Assembly: GCA_050014975.1 (NCBI GenBank)
Contig: JBEKCH010000006.1
Span: 4,500-68,499 of the forward strand
DNA from: Candidatus Limnocylindrales bacterium
GTDB lineage: Bacteria > Chloroflexota > Limnocylindria > Limnocylindrales > CSP1-4
DNA length: 64,000 nt
Direction of reading: 5' to 3'
Shown piece after piece: positions 29,691 to 39,580 of this stretch (positions are counted from its first letter, which is position 1; each line of letters starts with the position of its first letter). A model generated the notes under the pieces. It saw nothing but the letters and a program-made list of their open reading frames with translations. It did no database searches and was not told where the DNA came from. A program made the translations under genes and the position numbers.

Positions 29691-30484
29691 AAGAGGCCGA
29701 GGCGACCAAAGTCGGGACCGCGGGCGTCGCCGCCGCCGAGTCGATCGCGGGCGAGGCCAAGCGGCCGCGCTATCGTCGGATTCTGCTGAAGCTGTCCGGA
29801 GAGGCCCTGCTCGGAACTCGCCAGTACGGCGTGGATCCGGACTTCTGCGCTTTCATCGCGGCTCAGGTTGCCGAGGTCCACGGGCTCGGCGTGGAAATCG
29901 GCATCGTCGTGGGCGGGGGCAACATCTTCCGCGGGCTTGCCGCGGCGGCCAAGGGCATGGATCGCGCCACCGGCGACTATATCGGGATGCTGGCGACCGT
30001 CATGAACGCCCTTGCCCTCCAGGACGCCATCGAGAGGGCCGGCGTTCCCACCCGGGTCATGAGCGCCATTGGCATGAACGAGGTGGCCGAGCCGTACATC
30101 CGTCGCCGGGCCGTCCGCCACCTCGAGAAGGGCCGGGTCATAATCCTGGCCGCCGGAACCGGCAATCCCTACTTCACCACCGACACGGCTGCCGCGCTGC
30201 GCGCCGTCGAGATCGGGGCCGAGATCATCCTCAAGGCGACCAGGGTCGATGGCGTGTACGACTCCGATCCCCTCACGAACCCGGCCGCCAGGCGCTACGA
30301 GCGTCTAACGTACTCCCAGGTGCTGGCCAAGCGGCTGCGCGTCCTCGATGCCACGGCCGTGTCGCTGTGCATGGAGAATGACACTCCGATTGTCGTCTTC
30401 GATCTCAACCGACCCCAGAACATCACGCGGGTGGCCGCGGGTGAGACCGTCGGCACCCTGATCACCGGAGGCAGCCCCGCATGA
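29687..30484 (+). CDS. pyrH: UMP kinase
   Basis: 265 aa. [34 protein letters not shown]. Confidence 0.95.
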   Translation: MKEAEATKVGTAGVAAAESIAGEAKRPRYRRILLKLSGEALLGTRQYGVDPDFCAFIAAQVAEVHGLGVEIGIVVGGGNIFRGLAAAAKGMDRATGDYIGMLATVMNALALQDAIERAGVPTRVMSAIGMNEVAEPYIRRRAVRHLEKGRVIILAAGTGNPYFTTDTAAALRAVEIGAEIILKATRVDGVYDSDPLTNPAARRYERLTYSQVLAKRLRVLDATAVSLCMENDTPIVVFDLNRPQNITRVAAGETVGTLITGGSPA

Positions 30485-31038
30485 CCAGCGAGACGTTGAC
30501 CGCCACCGAACACAAGATGCTGCGCGCGGTGGAGGTTCTCGAGCGCGACCTGCAAGGCGTTCGCACGGGTCGCGCCTCGACGTCGATCGTCGAGCACATC
30601 CTGGTGGAGTACTACGGCGCGCCCACGGCGCTCGTCCAGCTCGCCGGGATCAGCGTCCCGGAGTCGCACCAGATCGTCATCCAGCCCTGGGATCGCAGTT
30701 TCATCGGGGCGGTCGAGAAGGCGATTCTGAAGAGCGACATCGGCCTCGTCCCCAACGTCGACGGTACGCTGATCCGGCTCAACATCCCGCCCCTCACCGA
30801 GGAGCGACGGCGAGACCTGGTGAAGCAGGTCCATAAGCGCATGGAAGAGGCGCGCGTCGAGATTCGAAACTTGCGTCGCGACGCGGCCGACGAGCTCAAG
30901 AAGGAAGAGCACGAAGGCGTGATCGGGGCTGACGAAAGCCGGCGCGAGCACGAGAGCCTGCAGCGCATCACCGACAAGCACACCGCGGACGTGGATGGCG
31001 TCGGCGCGGCGAAGGAGCAGGAGATCCTGGAGGTCTAG
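30481..31038 (+). CDS. frr: ribosome recycling factor
   Basis: 185 aa. [37 protein letters not shown]. Confidence 0.96.
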   Translation: MTSETLTATEHKMLRAVEVLERDLQGVRTGRASTSIVEHILVEYYGAPTALVQLAGISVPESHQIVIQPWDRSFIGAVEKAILKSDIGLVPNVDGTLIRLNIPPLTEERRRDLVKQVHKRMEEARVEIRNLRRDAADELKKEEHEGVIGADESRREHESLQRITDKHTADVDGVGAAKEQEILEV

Positions 31039-31871
31039 TGGCCCGTCCGATCGACCGACCGACCGACTCTCCGTCGATCGTGCACCGGGAACGCTCGGCT
31101 TCGACCGAACCGGCCTGCACGGAGCCAGCGGCTGAGGCTGTGGCAGCGCCCGTGGCGGAGGCCGAGGCGGCGTTCGCCGTCCCGCCCGAGGAGATACCGC
31201 GCCACGTCGCCATAATCATGGACGGCAACCGCCGCTGGGCGAGGGCTCGCGGCCTGACGGAGATGGAGGGCCACGCGGCCGGTGTCGAGGGGATTCGCGA
31301 GATCATCCGCCACGCCGTTCGGCGGGGGATCCCGGTGCTGTCGCTATATGCGTTTAGTCGCGAGAACTGGGCCCGGTCCGATGAAGAGGTAGGGGGCCTC
31401 TTCGTACTGCTCGAGAGGGTCATCCGCAACGAGACTGCCGAGCTGGTCGCGCAGGGCGCGCGTGTCCGGATTCTCGGCCGTGCCGAGGAGCTGCCGCCGG
31501 AGACACGGGCATCGATCCAGAAGGCGATCGATGCCACGTCCGGCGGGCAGCGGCTGCAGCTCAACATCGCCTTCAACTACTCGGGCCGGACGGAGCTCGT
31601 GGATGCCGCCCGCAAGCTCGTGGCGCGGGGGCTGGCGCCCGAGGAGATCGACGAGGACGTGATGGCCGGGGCCATGTACACGGCCGGCCTGCCAGACCCC
31701 GACATGGTGATCCGTACAGGCGGCGACGAGAGGCTCTCCAACTTCCTGATCTGGCAGTCTGCCTACGCCGAGATCCTGTTCTACCCGACACTGTGGCCCG
31801 ATTTCGGCCCGGCCGATCTGGACGCGGCCCTGGCCGAGTTCGCCAGCCGGCAGCGCCGGTTCGGACGCTAG
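31038..31871 (+). CDS. uppS: undecaprenyl (isoprenyl) diphosphate synthase
   Basis: 277 aa. HVAIIMDGNRRWA, LYAFSRENWARS, ERLSNFLIWQSAYAE. N-terminal extension of about 50 aa. Confidence 0.95.
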   Translation: MARPIDRPTDSPSIVHRERSASTEPACTEPAAEAVAAPVAEAEAAFAVPPEEIPRHVAIIMDGNRRWARARGLTEMEGHAAGVEGIREIIRHAVRRGIPVLSLYAFSRENWARSDEEVGGLFVLLERVIRNETAELVAQGARVRILGRAEELPPETRASIQKAIDATSGGQRLQLNIAFNYSGRTELVDAARKLVARGLAPEEIDEDVMAGAMYTAGLPDPDMVIRTGGDERLSNFLIWQSAYAEILFYPTLWPDFGPADLDAALAEFASRQRRFGR

Positions 31872-31884
31872 GGCGGGCGAGGGG

Positions 31885-32715
31885 ATGCTCCGCCAGCGGG
31901 CGCTGAGCGCGCTCGTCTTCGTGCCGCCGCTCCTGGTCGTGCTCGCCCTGGGCGAACCCTGGTTCGGGGCGTTGATAGCGGTCTTCGTCGCGATCGCGGC
32001 CTGGGAGGCTAGCAGGCTGATGCGCGGGGCCGGCTATTCGGCGGCGCCGTGGCTGGTCGTGGCGGGAGCGCTTGCGGTAGCCGTGGACGTGGCAGGTCCC
32101 TCATGGCTGGCCGGCTACGAGGTCCTGCCGCTGGCAGCGGTGGTCGTTGCGGCCGGCGTCGCGGCCCTCCGGGAGAAGGACACGAAGGTCGGCTTCGCGA
32201 CCTGGATGGGGACGGTCTTCGGGTCCGTGTACGTGGGCCTGCTGGCTGCGCTGGTTCGGCTGGGCTCGATACCGCCGGCCGTTCCCGCTGCCGCGCCGGC
32301 CGCTCAGCTCGGGAGCGAGCGGGGCTGGATCCTGCTCGTCATCCTGCTCGTCTGGTCCTTCGACACCGGGGCGTACCTCGTGGGTATCGCGCTGGGGAAG
32401 CGGAAGTTCCTGGTCCACATCTCGCCCTCCAAGAGCTATTGGGGCCTCTTCGGCGGGCTCGTGGCCTGCACCGCGGTGGCGGTGGCCGGCTTCTGGGCCC
32501 TCGGCCAGCCCGCGGTGCTGGGCCTCGCCCTGGGGCCGTTGATCGGCCTCACGGCCCAGGCCGGCGATCTGGCCGAGTCGATGCTCAAGAGAGCGGCCGG
32601 CGCGAAGGACTCGGGTGGGCTGATTCCGGGCCACGGCGGGATACTCGACCGCGTGGATTCGTTCATCTTCGCGGCGCCGGTCGCCGCGCTGTATGTCGCC
32701 GCGCTGGTCCGCTGA
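31885..32715 (+). CDS. cdsA: phosphatidate cytidylyltransferase
   Basis: 276 aa polytopic membrane protein. CTP-transferase signature SMLKRAAGAKDSGGLIPGHGGILDRVDS. Confidence 0.92.
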   Translation: MLRQRALSALVFVPPLLVVLALGEPWFGALIAVFVAIAAWEASRLMRGAGYSAAPWLVVAGALAVAVDVAGPSWLAGYEVLPLAAVVVAAGVAALREKDTKVGFATWMGTVFGSVYVGLLAALVRLGSIPPAVPAAAPAAQLGSERGWILLVILLVWSFDTGAYLVGIALGKRKFLVHISPSKSYWGLFGGLVACTAVAVAGFWALGQPAVLGLALGPLIGLTAQAGDLAESMLKRAAGAKDSGGLIPGHGGILDRVDSFIFAAPVAALYVAALVR

Positions 32716-32716
32716 C

Positions 32717-33967
32717 ATGGTGGCGGGGCCACCCGTGCGCGTCGCCGTGCTCGGCTCGGGCGGTTCTATCGGGCGCCAGGCCATCGCTGTGTTGGGCGAG
32801 ATGCCCGACGCCTTTCGCGTCGTGGCCATCGCCACCGGCTCGCAGGCCGAGCTGATCGAAGAGCAGGCGCGCCGGTTCCGGCCGGCGGTCGTCGCCCTCG
32901 CGGACGAAGGCGCCGTCACGCGGCTCGATCTCCCTTCCGGCGTCGCCCGCGTCGGCGGCGCCGGTGCCCTGGAGGCGATCGCGGCGCGGCCCGACGTCGA
33001 TCTGGTCCTGGTGGCGACCGGTGGCCTGGTCGCGCTGCGTTCCGTGCTCGCGGCGCTCATGGCCGGCAAGGTCGTGGCCACGGCCAACAAGGAGACGCTG
33101 GTCGCGGGCGGACACCTGGTGATGCCGCTCGCTCGCGCGCTTGCCGCAGGGAATCGCGCCGGGCCGCCTCCCGGCTGGGCGACAGAGGGAGCGCGGGCCG
33201 CCGACGGGGCCCCGAGTCATCCCCTTGCCACCCCGCTCGGCTGGCTCCGACCGATCGACTCGGAGCATTCGGCGATCTGGCAGTGTCTGGCCGGCGAGGA
33301 ACAGGGCGCCATCGCTCGGTTGCTGCTCACCGCTTCCGGAGGGCCGTTCCTCGAAACCGCCGTCGCGGACCTCGCGACGGTCACGCCCGAACAGGCTCTC
33401 CGCCACCCCACCTGGCGGATGGGCGCGAAGATCAGCATCGACTCTGCGACTCTTGCCAATAAGGGCCTCGAAATCATCGAAGCACGCTGGCTGTACGATG
33501 TGCCCCTCTCGGCCATCTCGGTCGTGATCCATCCTCAAAGCATTGTCCACTCTGCGGTGCAGTTCGTGGACGGTTCGATCAAGGCCCAGCTCGGGACCCC
33601 GGACATGCGACTGCCGATCCAATACGCGCTCACGTACCCGGCCCGACGGCCGTCGCACGCGGCGGCGGCTGATCTCATCGCTGCCGGCCGGTTGGACTTT
33701 CGCGCCCCCGACGAGGGCCGGTTCCCCGCGCTGCGCATCGCCCGGGAGGCCGGTCTGGCCGGCCCGCGCGCGAGCACCGCCCTGATATCGGCCGACGAAG
33801 TCGCGGTGGCCCGCTTCCTGGACGGCCGCCTGGATTTCGAGGGGATCCCGCGCGTGCTTGGAGCGGCGGTGGAGAGGTTCGGATCGGGCGAGCCTCGTAA
33901 GCCCGACCTGGAGGAGCTCTTCGCGCTCGACGCGCAGGTTCGCGAGTTCGCGGAGGTTGCCCGATGA
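32717..33967 (+). CDS. dxr: 1-deoxy-D-xylulose-5-phosphate reductoisomerase
   Basis: Start placed at ATG 32717, just after the cdsA stop (the ORF track offers 32693). [66 protein letters not shown]. Confidence 0.95.
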   Translation: MVAGPPVRVAVLGSGGSIGRQAIAVLGEMPDAFRVVAIATGSQAELIEEQARRFRPAVVALADEGAVTRLDLPSGVARVGGAGALEAIAARPDVDLVLVATGGLVALRSVLAALMAGKVVATANKETLVAGGHLVMPLARALAAGNRAGPPPGWATEGARAADGAPSHPLATPLGWLRPIDSEHSAIWQCLAGEEQGAIARLLLTASGGPFLETAVADLATVTPEQALRHPTWRMGAKISIDSATLANKGLEIIEARWLYDVPLSAISVVIHPQSIVHSAVQFVDGSIKAQLGTPDMRLPIQYALTYPARRPSHAAAADLIAAGRLDFRAPDEGRFPALRIAREAGLAGPRASTALISADEVAVARFLDGRLDFEGIPRVLGAAVERFGSGEPRKPDLEELFALDAQVREFAEVAR

Positions 33968-35070
33968 CGATCGCCGGCATCGCGTTCTGGACCGTCGCCA
34001 TCCCGCTCGTGCTGGTGGTCCTCGTGCCGCTGGTGCTGGTCCACGAGCTGGGGCACTTCGTGGTGGCACGTTTGTCCGGGATCCGCGTCCTGGAGTTCGG
34101 GATCGGCTTTCCGCCGCGGGCCAAGGTGATCGGGCACGATCACGAAACCACGTACACGCTCAACTACCTGCCCATCGGCGGCTTCGTGCTGCTCGAGGGC
34201 GAGGAGGCGGATTCCGACGATCCGCGAGGCTTCGGCAACGCCACGCTTCCCAAGCAGCTGATCGTCTTGCTGGGCGGCGTCGCCATGAACGTCGTGACGG
34301 CCGTGGTGCTGCTCTTCATCGTGGCGTGGGCCTTCAACCCCGTGGTCCAGCCGGTGATCTTGGGGGCACCCGTCGCCGGCTCGCCCGCCGATCTGGCCGG
34401 GTTGAAGTCGGGCGAGACGCTGGTCTCGGTCGATGGCCAGACCCAGTCCCTGCTCGCGTTCAGCAGCGATCCGGCGGCGGCCTGGAGGCAGGATCTGATC
34501 GCTCACGCCGGCCAGACCGTTACCCTGGTCGTCGCCGACGTCAACGGCGTACAGCGCTCCGTCCAGGTGAAACTGAACGTTCCGACCGCGAAGGAGAACT
34601 GGTCGCTGGGCATCCAATTCGGCAGCCTCGCGGTTGTCAACACGTCGGGGAACCCGGTGAGCGCGGCCGGACTGGCCCTCGATGGCACCGGTCGGGCCAT
34701 GGGCCTGATACTCCAGGCTCTCGGGAATATCGTCGGCAACCTGGCGACCCATCCCACGCAGGCTCCCTCGGGCGTTCAGGGGCCGGTCGGTATCGCCGCG
34801 GACATCGGCCACGTGGCCTCTCAACCGAATGCCTTGATGCTGCTGCTGCTGATTGCGGGGATCATCTCGGCGAACCTTGCCCTCGTGAACTTCCTGCCCT
34901 TCCCACCGCTCGATGGCGGCAAGATGGTCATCATGGTCGTCAAGCGCGTCTTTGGGGCTCGCGGCGTCAGCGCCGTGGAGGCGGCGGCGTATGTTGCCGG
35001 GTTCGCCTTCCTGCTCGCTTTCATCGCCTGGATCAGCTACTTCGACATCATCCGGGGCGGCGCCCCGTAG
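33964..35070 (+). CDS. rseP: site-2 (RIP) zinc metalloprotease RseP/RasP
   Basis: 368 aa. [10 protein letters not shown] zinc motif in TM1, central PDZ-like segment, C-terminal [11 protein letters not shown] motif. Confidence 0.92.
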   Translation: MTIAGIAFWTVAIPLVLVVLVPLVLVHELGHFVVARLSGIRVLEFGIGFPPRAKVIGHDHETTYTLNYLPIGGFVLLEGEEADSDDPRGFGNATLPKQLIVLLGGVAMNVVTAVVLLFIVAWAFNPVVQPVILGAPVAGSPADLAGLKSGETLVSVDGQTQSLLAFSSDPAAAWRQDLIAHAGQTVTLVVADVNGVQRSVQVKLNVPTAKENWSLGIQFGSLAVVNTSGNPVSAAGLALDGTGRAMGLILQALGNIVGNLATHPTQAPSGVQGPVGIAADIGHVASQPNALMLLLLIAGIISANLALVNFLPFPPLDGGKMVIMVVKRVFGARGVSAVEAAAYVAGFAFLLAFIAWISYFDIIRGGAP

Positions 35071-35072
35071 AG

Positions 35073-36314
35073 ATGGAAAGCCCGGGTTTCGGAGCGCGCC
35101 GGCGTTCCGCTGCCGTAGACGTCGAGGGCGTGATCGTCGGAGGCGGCCATCCGATCGTCGTCCAGTCGATGACGAATACGGACACGGCCGATGCGGACGC
35201 GACCGCGATACAGGTCGCGCGTCTGGCTCACGCCGGGTCGGAGCTGGTCCGGATCACCGTCAACACCGCGGCCGCGGCCGCGGCCGTTCCGGAGATCGTG
35301 CGCAAGGTTCGAGGCCTGGGAGCGGCGGTCCCGATCGTCGGCGATTTCCACTACAACGGCCACAAGCTGCTGCGCGACTACCCCGGGGCCGGCCGTGCCC
35401 TCGCTAAGTACCGCATCAATCCCGGAAACGTGGGCCCCGGCCGCCACCACGACGACAACTTCTCGGCGATCGTTCGGGTGGCGGTCGAGAACGGCAAGCC
35501 GGTCAGGATCGGCGTCAACTGGGGCTCCCTGGACCAGGAGATCCTGGCCGGGATGATGGACGCCAATGCGCGCCTGGCGGAGCCCAGGGATGCTCGAGAA
35601 GTCATGATCGAGGCGATGGTCGAAAGCGCCCTCCGGTCGGCCGAGCTGGCGGAGGCGACAGGCCTCGCCCACGACCGAATCATCCTTTCGGCCAAGGTCT
35701 CCGGCGTTCGCGACCTCGTGGAGGTCTACCGGCGGCTGGCCGCACGCGGCGACTACGCCCTGCATCTGGGCCTGACCGAGGCGGGCATGGGCATGAAGGG
35801 GATCGTGGCCTCGACCGCGGGGCTCTCGCTGCTCCTGGCCGAGGGCATCGGCGACACGATCCGCGTCTCGATCACGCCTGAGCCGGGCGGGGACCGAACG
35901 GAGGAAGTGGCCGTCGCCCAACAGGTGCTGCAGTCGCTCGGGCTGCGGTCGTTCGTGCCGCAGGTCTCGTCGTGCCCGGGCTGCGGCCGAACCACGAGCA
36001 CCTACTTCCAGGAGCTCGCCCGAGACATCCAGTCCCATGTGCGCGACCAGATGCCGCTGTGGCGGGAGGGGCACCCCGGCGTGGAGGACATGCGCGTCGC
36101 GGTCATGGGCTGCGTGGTCAACGGCCCCGGAGAGTCCAAACACGCCGACATCGGAATCAGCTTGCCGGGCACGTTCGAGGACCCGGTGGCGCCGGTCTTC
36201 ATCGACGGGGCGCTGGACCGGACCCTTCGAGGCGACCACATCGCGGACGAGTTCAAGGCGATGCTGGACTCGTACGTCGAACGGCGCTTCCCGGCCCCGG
36301 GAAGAAGCCGCTAG
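35073..36314 (+). CDS. ispG: 4-hydroxy-3-methylbut-2-enyl diphosphate synthase
   Basis: Start placed at ATG 35073; the ORF-track start 33858 is an alternative frame over rse[17 protein letters not shown], Fe-S cysteines SCPGCGRT and [10 protein letters not shown]. Confidence 0.95.
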   Translation: MESPGFGARRRSAAVDVEGVIVGGGHPIVVQSMTNTDTADADATAIQVARLAHAGSELVRITVNTAAAAAAVPEIVRKVRGLGAAVPIVGDFHYNGHKLLRDYPGAGRALAKYRINPGNVGPGRHHDDNFSAIVRVAVENGKPVRIGVNWGSLDQEILAGMMDANARLAEPRDAREVMIEAMVESALRSAELAEATGLAHDRIILSAKVSGVRDLVEVYRRLAARGDYALHLGLTEAGMGMKGIVASTAGLSLLLAEGIGDTIRVSITPEPGGDRTEEVAVAQQVLQSLGLRSFVPQVSSCPGCGRTTSTYFQELARDIQSHVRDQMPLWREGHPGVEDMRVAVMGCVVNGPGESKHADIGISLPGTFEDPVAPVFIDGALDRTLRGDHIADEFKAMLDSYVERRFPAPGRSR

Positions 36315-36426
36315 CCCATCCGGGGACGGGACCCGGGGACCTCGGGTCTACGCGTCCACTTGGGCTGCCTGGCCTGGCAAAGCACTCGAAGGGCACGCGG
36401 CCAGGCCAGCGTGGCCGCACCAAGAA

Positions 36427-36454
36427 GGAACGGCGCCCTTGCGGGCGCCGTTCC
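36427..36454 (-). terminator. strong hairpin between convergent ispG and the minus-strand surface-protein gene
   Basis: Perfect 12-bp stem GGAACGGCGCCC / GGGCGCCGTTCC with loop TTGC. Read on the minus strand it is followed by TTCTTGG, 25 nt after the minus-gene stop. On the plus strand there is no U-tract. Confidence 0.6.
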
Positions 36455-36479
36455 GGATGGCCGTGGTTGGGGCGTCGGG

Positions 36480-37118
36480 CTAACGACGGCCGAGGCCGTA
36501 GCGACGCATGGTCATAAAGGCCGCGGCCGCGGCGAGACCCGCAAAGACCAGGAGGATCCCCGGAGCGCCCCCGGCATTATTGGCGGGAACGGTGCCAGTC
36601 GGCGGAGGCGTGGAACTCACGGTCGGAGACGGCGTGGGCGCCGTCGACGTCTCGACGTACGTGTTGAACGCGAAGTCGAAGGCGCCCAGGTTCGCGCTGT
36701 CCCAGGCCGAGTAGATGTTCCTGTCGTAGGCAGCGCCGGCCGGGGAGAGGTCGTTGGTGGCTCCGTCGAACGTGTAGGCGCTCGACCAGGGCATCATCAG
36801 GGCGTAGACCGTCCCTGCCGTCACCGAGTAGGGCGAGCTGAACACGAAGTCGTTGAACCCGCCCGAGGTCGAGCATGTCGCCGTCGTCTGGGTGAGGATG
36901 TCCATCGGCATCTTCGTATTCGAGTTCGTGTCGGTGAGGTAGACGGTGATGGAGGCGTTCGACGTGCTGGTGCAGACGAGCTGGACGCGGTCCAGCGGAC
37001 CGCTCAGGCCGGCGGTGAAAGTCTGGGCCCAGTAGGTGCGGCCGTTGTCGACGTTGTTCGCGGGGTCCGGCACGGCGATGTTGGCGACGGTCTGCGACTG
37101 GTCGAGCGTGTCGGGCAC
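36480..37118 (-). CDS. secreted/cell-surface protein (mature part) with a C-terminal sorting-signal-like tail; apparently frameshifted from its signal peptide
   Basis: 212-aa ORF, Thr/Ser/Asn/Asp-rich beta-type domain. Pro/Thr linker TAPTPSPTVSSTPPPTG, then hydrophobic helix GILLVFAGLAAAAAF and basic tail MRRYGLGRR. No signal peptide in this frame (see 37119..37194). One of only two minus-strand genes, the other being pncB at the right edge. Confidence 0.7.
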   Translation of the reverse strand: MPDTLDQSQTVANIAVPDPANNVDNGRTYWAQTFTAGLSGPLDRVQLVCTSTSNASITVYLTDTNSNTKMPMDILTQTTATCSTSGGFNDFVFSSPYSVTAGTVYALMMPWSSAYTFDGATNDLSPAGAAYDRNIYSAWDSANLGAFDFAFNTYVETSTAPTPSPTVSSTPPPTGTVPANNAGGAPGILLVFAGLAAAAAFMTMRRYGLGRR

Positions 37119-37194
37119 CGCGGCGGCCCGCGGCGGTGCCCGACAGAAATGCGAGCAGCAGGACGGGTACGACGAATACCACCGAGCGTCTCAT
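37119..37194 (-). pseudogene. orphan start codon plus signal peptide, out of frame with the downstream surface-protein ORF
   Basis: On the minus strand AGGAGGG-N3-ATG (ATG = 37194..37192) opens MRRSVVFVVPVLLLAFLSGTAAG, then runs into Arg-rich nonsense. Removing one G from the GGG run at 37127..37129 would read [16 protein letters not shown]... and join it in frame to the 36480..37118 ORF. Confidence 0.6.
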
Positions 37195-37399
37195 GAGCCC
37201 TCCTACAGGCCGAGACACGAAGGGACCGACAGGCGCCCCGGCCGCATGAATGAGTGATCGCGGTAGTCCCACAGCGGGACCGGGGGCCTGTCAATCAGTT
37301 CGCAGACGTTCTGTGCGCCGGGCCGCGTAACGTCGTCGGCCGCAGCAGTTAGGATTCGGGGCCATAGCAGCGCCAGCCAGATCCCGGAGGAGGAGCAGC

Positions 37400-38857
37400 G
37401 TGCCCACGGAGGGTTTCGTCACCAGCATCACCCGCCAGTCCGAGAACTTTCCGGACTGGTACAACGACGTGGTCCTGAAGGCGGAGCTGGCCGACTATTC
37501 CCCGGTTCGCGGCTGCATGATCATCCGGCCGTACGGCTACGCGATTTGGGAATCGATGCAGGGTGAGCTGGACCGCCATATCAAGGCGACCGGCCACAGC
37601 AACGTCTACTTCCCGCTGTTCGTCCCGCGCTCGCTCCTGGAGAAAGAGGCCGAGCACGTCGAGGGCTTCAACCCCCAGGTTGCCTGGGTGACCCACGCCG
37701 GCGGCAAGGCCCTGGACGAGTGGCTGGCCATCCGGCCCACCAGCGAGGCGATCATCGCCGACAGCGTGAAGGACTGGATCCAGTCCTATCGCGACCTGCC
37801 GCTGCTGATGAACATCTGGAACAACGTCGTCCGCTGGGAGCTGCGGACGCGCCTCTTCCTGCGCACCGCCGAGTTCCTCTGGCAGGAGGCTCACACCTTC
37901 CACGCCACCGAGGCGGAGGCGGCCGAGGAGGTTGCCACGGGCCTGGAGTGCTACCGGATCGTGGCCGAGGACTGGCTCGCCATCCCGGTGATCAAGGGTC
38001 GAAAGACCGACAGCGAGAAGTTCCCCGGGGCCGACTGGACCTGGTGCGTCGAAGCGATGATGCGCGACAAGAAGGCCCTCCAGGCCGGCACGAGCCACAT
38101 GCTCGGCCAGAACTTCGCCCGGGCCGCCGGGATCGAGTTCCTGGACCGGGACAACGTCCGCAAGAACCCGTATGGAACGTCGTGGGGCTTCTCCACGCGG
38201 ATGGTCGGGGCGACGGTCATGGCCCACGGCGACGACTACGGCCTGGTGCTGCCGCCCAACGTCGCGCCGGTGCAGGCAGTCATCGTGCCGATCTTCCGCA
38301 AGGAGGACGAGCGCGCCGCGGTTGCCGAGGCGATCGATCGACTGCAGGCGGCGCTGGCCGCGACGCCCGAGGGAAAGGCCGTTCGGGTCAAGGTCGACTG
38401 GCGCGACGACTCCCCCGGGTTCAAGTACAACCACTGGGAGCTGCGCGGCGTTCCGTTCCGCCTCGAGATCGGGCCCCGCGACGTGGCAGCCGGCCAGGCC
38501 GTGCTCGTCAAGCGCGTCGATCGCTCGAAGGAGGCGATCCCGCTCGATCGACTGGCGGCCGAGCTGCCGGCTCGACTGCGCGCCTGCCAGGCCGAGTTGC
38601 TGCAGCGGGCCCGCGCCTTCCGCGACGCCAACACGCATCGCGTGGATACCTACGGGCAGCTCAAGGATGGGCTGGACGGCGAGGGGGGCTTCTTCCTGGC
38701 TCCCTGGTGCGGCGACGCCAGGTGCGAAACCCAGGTCAACGAGGAAACCGGTGCCACGATACGCTGCATCCCGTTCGATTCGCCGGCCGAAGCCGGCAGG
38801 TGCCTCGTGTGCGGCGGCACGTCCGAGAGGCGTGTCCTCTTCGCTCGAGCCTACTGA
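37400..38857 (+). CDS. proS: prolyl-tRNA synthetase, archaeal/eukaryote-like type
   Basis: 485 aa. No bacterial-type editing insertion. FPDWYNDVVLKAELADYSPVRGCMIIRPYGYAIWE, class II motifs, C-terminal Zn-type domain CGDARCE...CLVCG ending in Tyr (RVLFARAY). Confidence 0.95.
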   Translation: MPTEGFVTSITRQSENFPDWYNDVVLKAELADYSPVRGCMIIRPYGYAIWESMQGELDRHIKATGHSNVYFPLFVPRSLLEKEAEHVEGFNPQVAWVTHAGGKALDEWLAIRPTSEAIIADSVKDWIQSYRDLPLLMNIWNNVVRWELRTRLFLRTAEFLWQEAHTFHATEAEAAEEVATGLECYRIVAEDWLAIPVIKGRKTDSEKFPGADWTWCVEAMMRDKKALQAGTSHMLGQNFARAAGIEFLDRDNVRKNPYGTSWGFSTRMVGATVMAHGDDYGLVLPPNVAPVQAVIVPIFRKEDERAAVAEAIDRLQAALAATPEGKAVRVKVDWRDDSPGFKYNHWELRGVPFRLEIGPRDVAAGQAVLVKRVDRSKEAIPLDRLAAELPARLRACQAELLQRARAFRDANTHRVDTYGQLKDGLDGEGGFFLAPWCGDARCETQVNEETGATIRCIPFDSPAEAGRCLVCGGTSERRVLFARAY

Positions 38858-38902
38858 TCGGGCCGCTGCCGCCGGTCCCGGTCGCTCACTGGAGGGACTC
38901 GC

Positions 38903-39415
38903 GTGACCTCTGCTTCGGCAAACCCACCCGGCAAGCCGCGCCATCCGTGGGGCTTGCCGCAGCGCGAGACGCCGCAGCCCGAGGCACCGGAGCCCGCCTG
39001 GCCACTGCCGTCGGGGCCGCAGCCGAGATTGCCGCCCCCGGGATCGGGATCCGAGCCGGATCGGCCGCCCCTGTTCTCGCACCGGAATGGCTGCCTGCTG
39101 GTCTCCCTGATCATGCTCGGCCTGATCTCCCTCCTGTTCGTGAGCTGCATCGCCGTCCTTCACCCGCTGCTCCAGGTGGAGGACAAGCTGAAGTCGGACC
39201 TGGGGACTCGCGCCACGAACGTCGACGTCGTCTCGGTGAATGGGGCGAGCACATTCGTGGTGCATCTGGCACCCGGGCATGACTCGGAAGGGCCGGATGT
39301 AGCCTGCCGCATAGTCGAGCCCGACCTGCAGGCGAACGGGTTGGCGGCCGCGCATTTCGAGGTGGTCGACAGCGCCGGCCACGTGGTCGCAGACAACTCC
39401 ACGCCGTGTGGCTGA
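38903..39415 (+). CDS. hypothetical Pro-rich single-pass membrane protein
   Basis: 170 aa. GTG start behind a GGAGGG SD. Pro-rich N-terminus, TM CLLVSLIMLGLISLLFVSCIAVL, about 85-aa C-terminal domain with two Cys. No recognisable family. Confidence 0.62.
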   Translation: MTSASANPPGKPRHPWGLPQRETPQPEAPEPAWPLPSGPQPRLPPPGSGSEPDRPPLFSHRNGCLLVSLIMLGLISLLFVSCIAVLHPLLQVEDKLKSDLGTRATNVDVVSVNGASTFVVHLAPGHDSEGPDVACRIVEPDLQANGLAAAHFEVVDSAGHVVADNSTPCG

Positions 39416-39460
39416 GGCCGGCGAAGGGCCCGCCCGCGGGCTGAGCCGACCCCGCTGACC

Positions 39461-39489
39461 TTGGAGGGCTCGGGGGTGCCGTGTATACT
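39461..39489 (+). promoter_or_regulatory. sigma-70-like promoter candidate upstream of nusA
   Basis: TTGGAG (39461-39466), 17-nt spacer, TATACT (39484-39489). Confidence 0.4.
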
Positions 39490-39502
39490 CCGGATAACTG
39501 TA

Positions 39503-39552
39503 CCGGCCGCTCGTGACGTGGGTGACCCCCACGTCTTTTGTTGAGCGGCTGG
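39503..39552 (+). terminator. nested hairpin with U-tract in the nusA leader (attenuator or processing-site candidate)
   Basis: Inner stem GACGTGGG (39515-39522) / CCCACGTC (39528-39535), loop TGACC, then TTTTGTT. Outer 10-bp helix CCGGCCGCTC (39503-39512) / GAGCGGCTGG (39543-39552) with one G-U pair. nusA GTG at 39581. Confidence 0.5.
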
Positions 39553-39580
39553 CGGGCCGGTCGAGAACGGGAGGCGCGAG

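Noticed and set aside
36369-36410. Second inverted repeat (CTGGCCTGGC ... GCCAGGCCAG) between ispG and the minus-strand gene, as a terminator for ispG
   Set aside because: The loop is over 20 nt and no U-tract follows. It may form in RNA, but the evidence is too weak to call.
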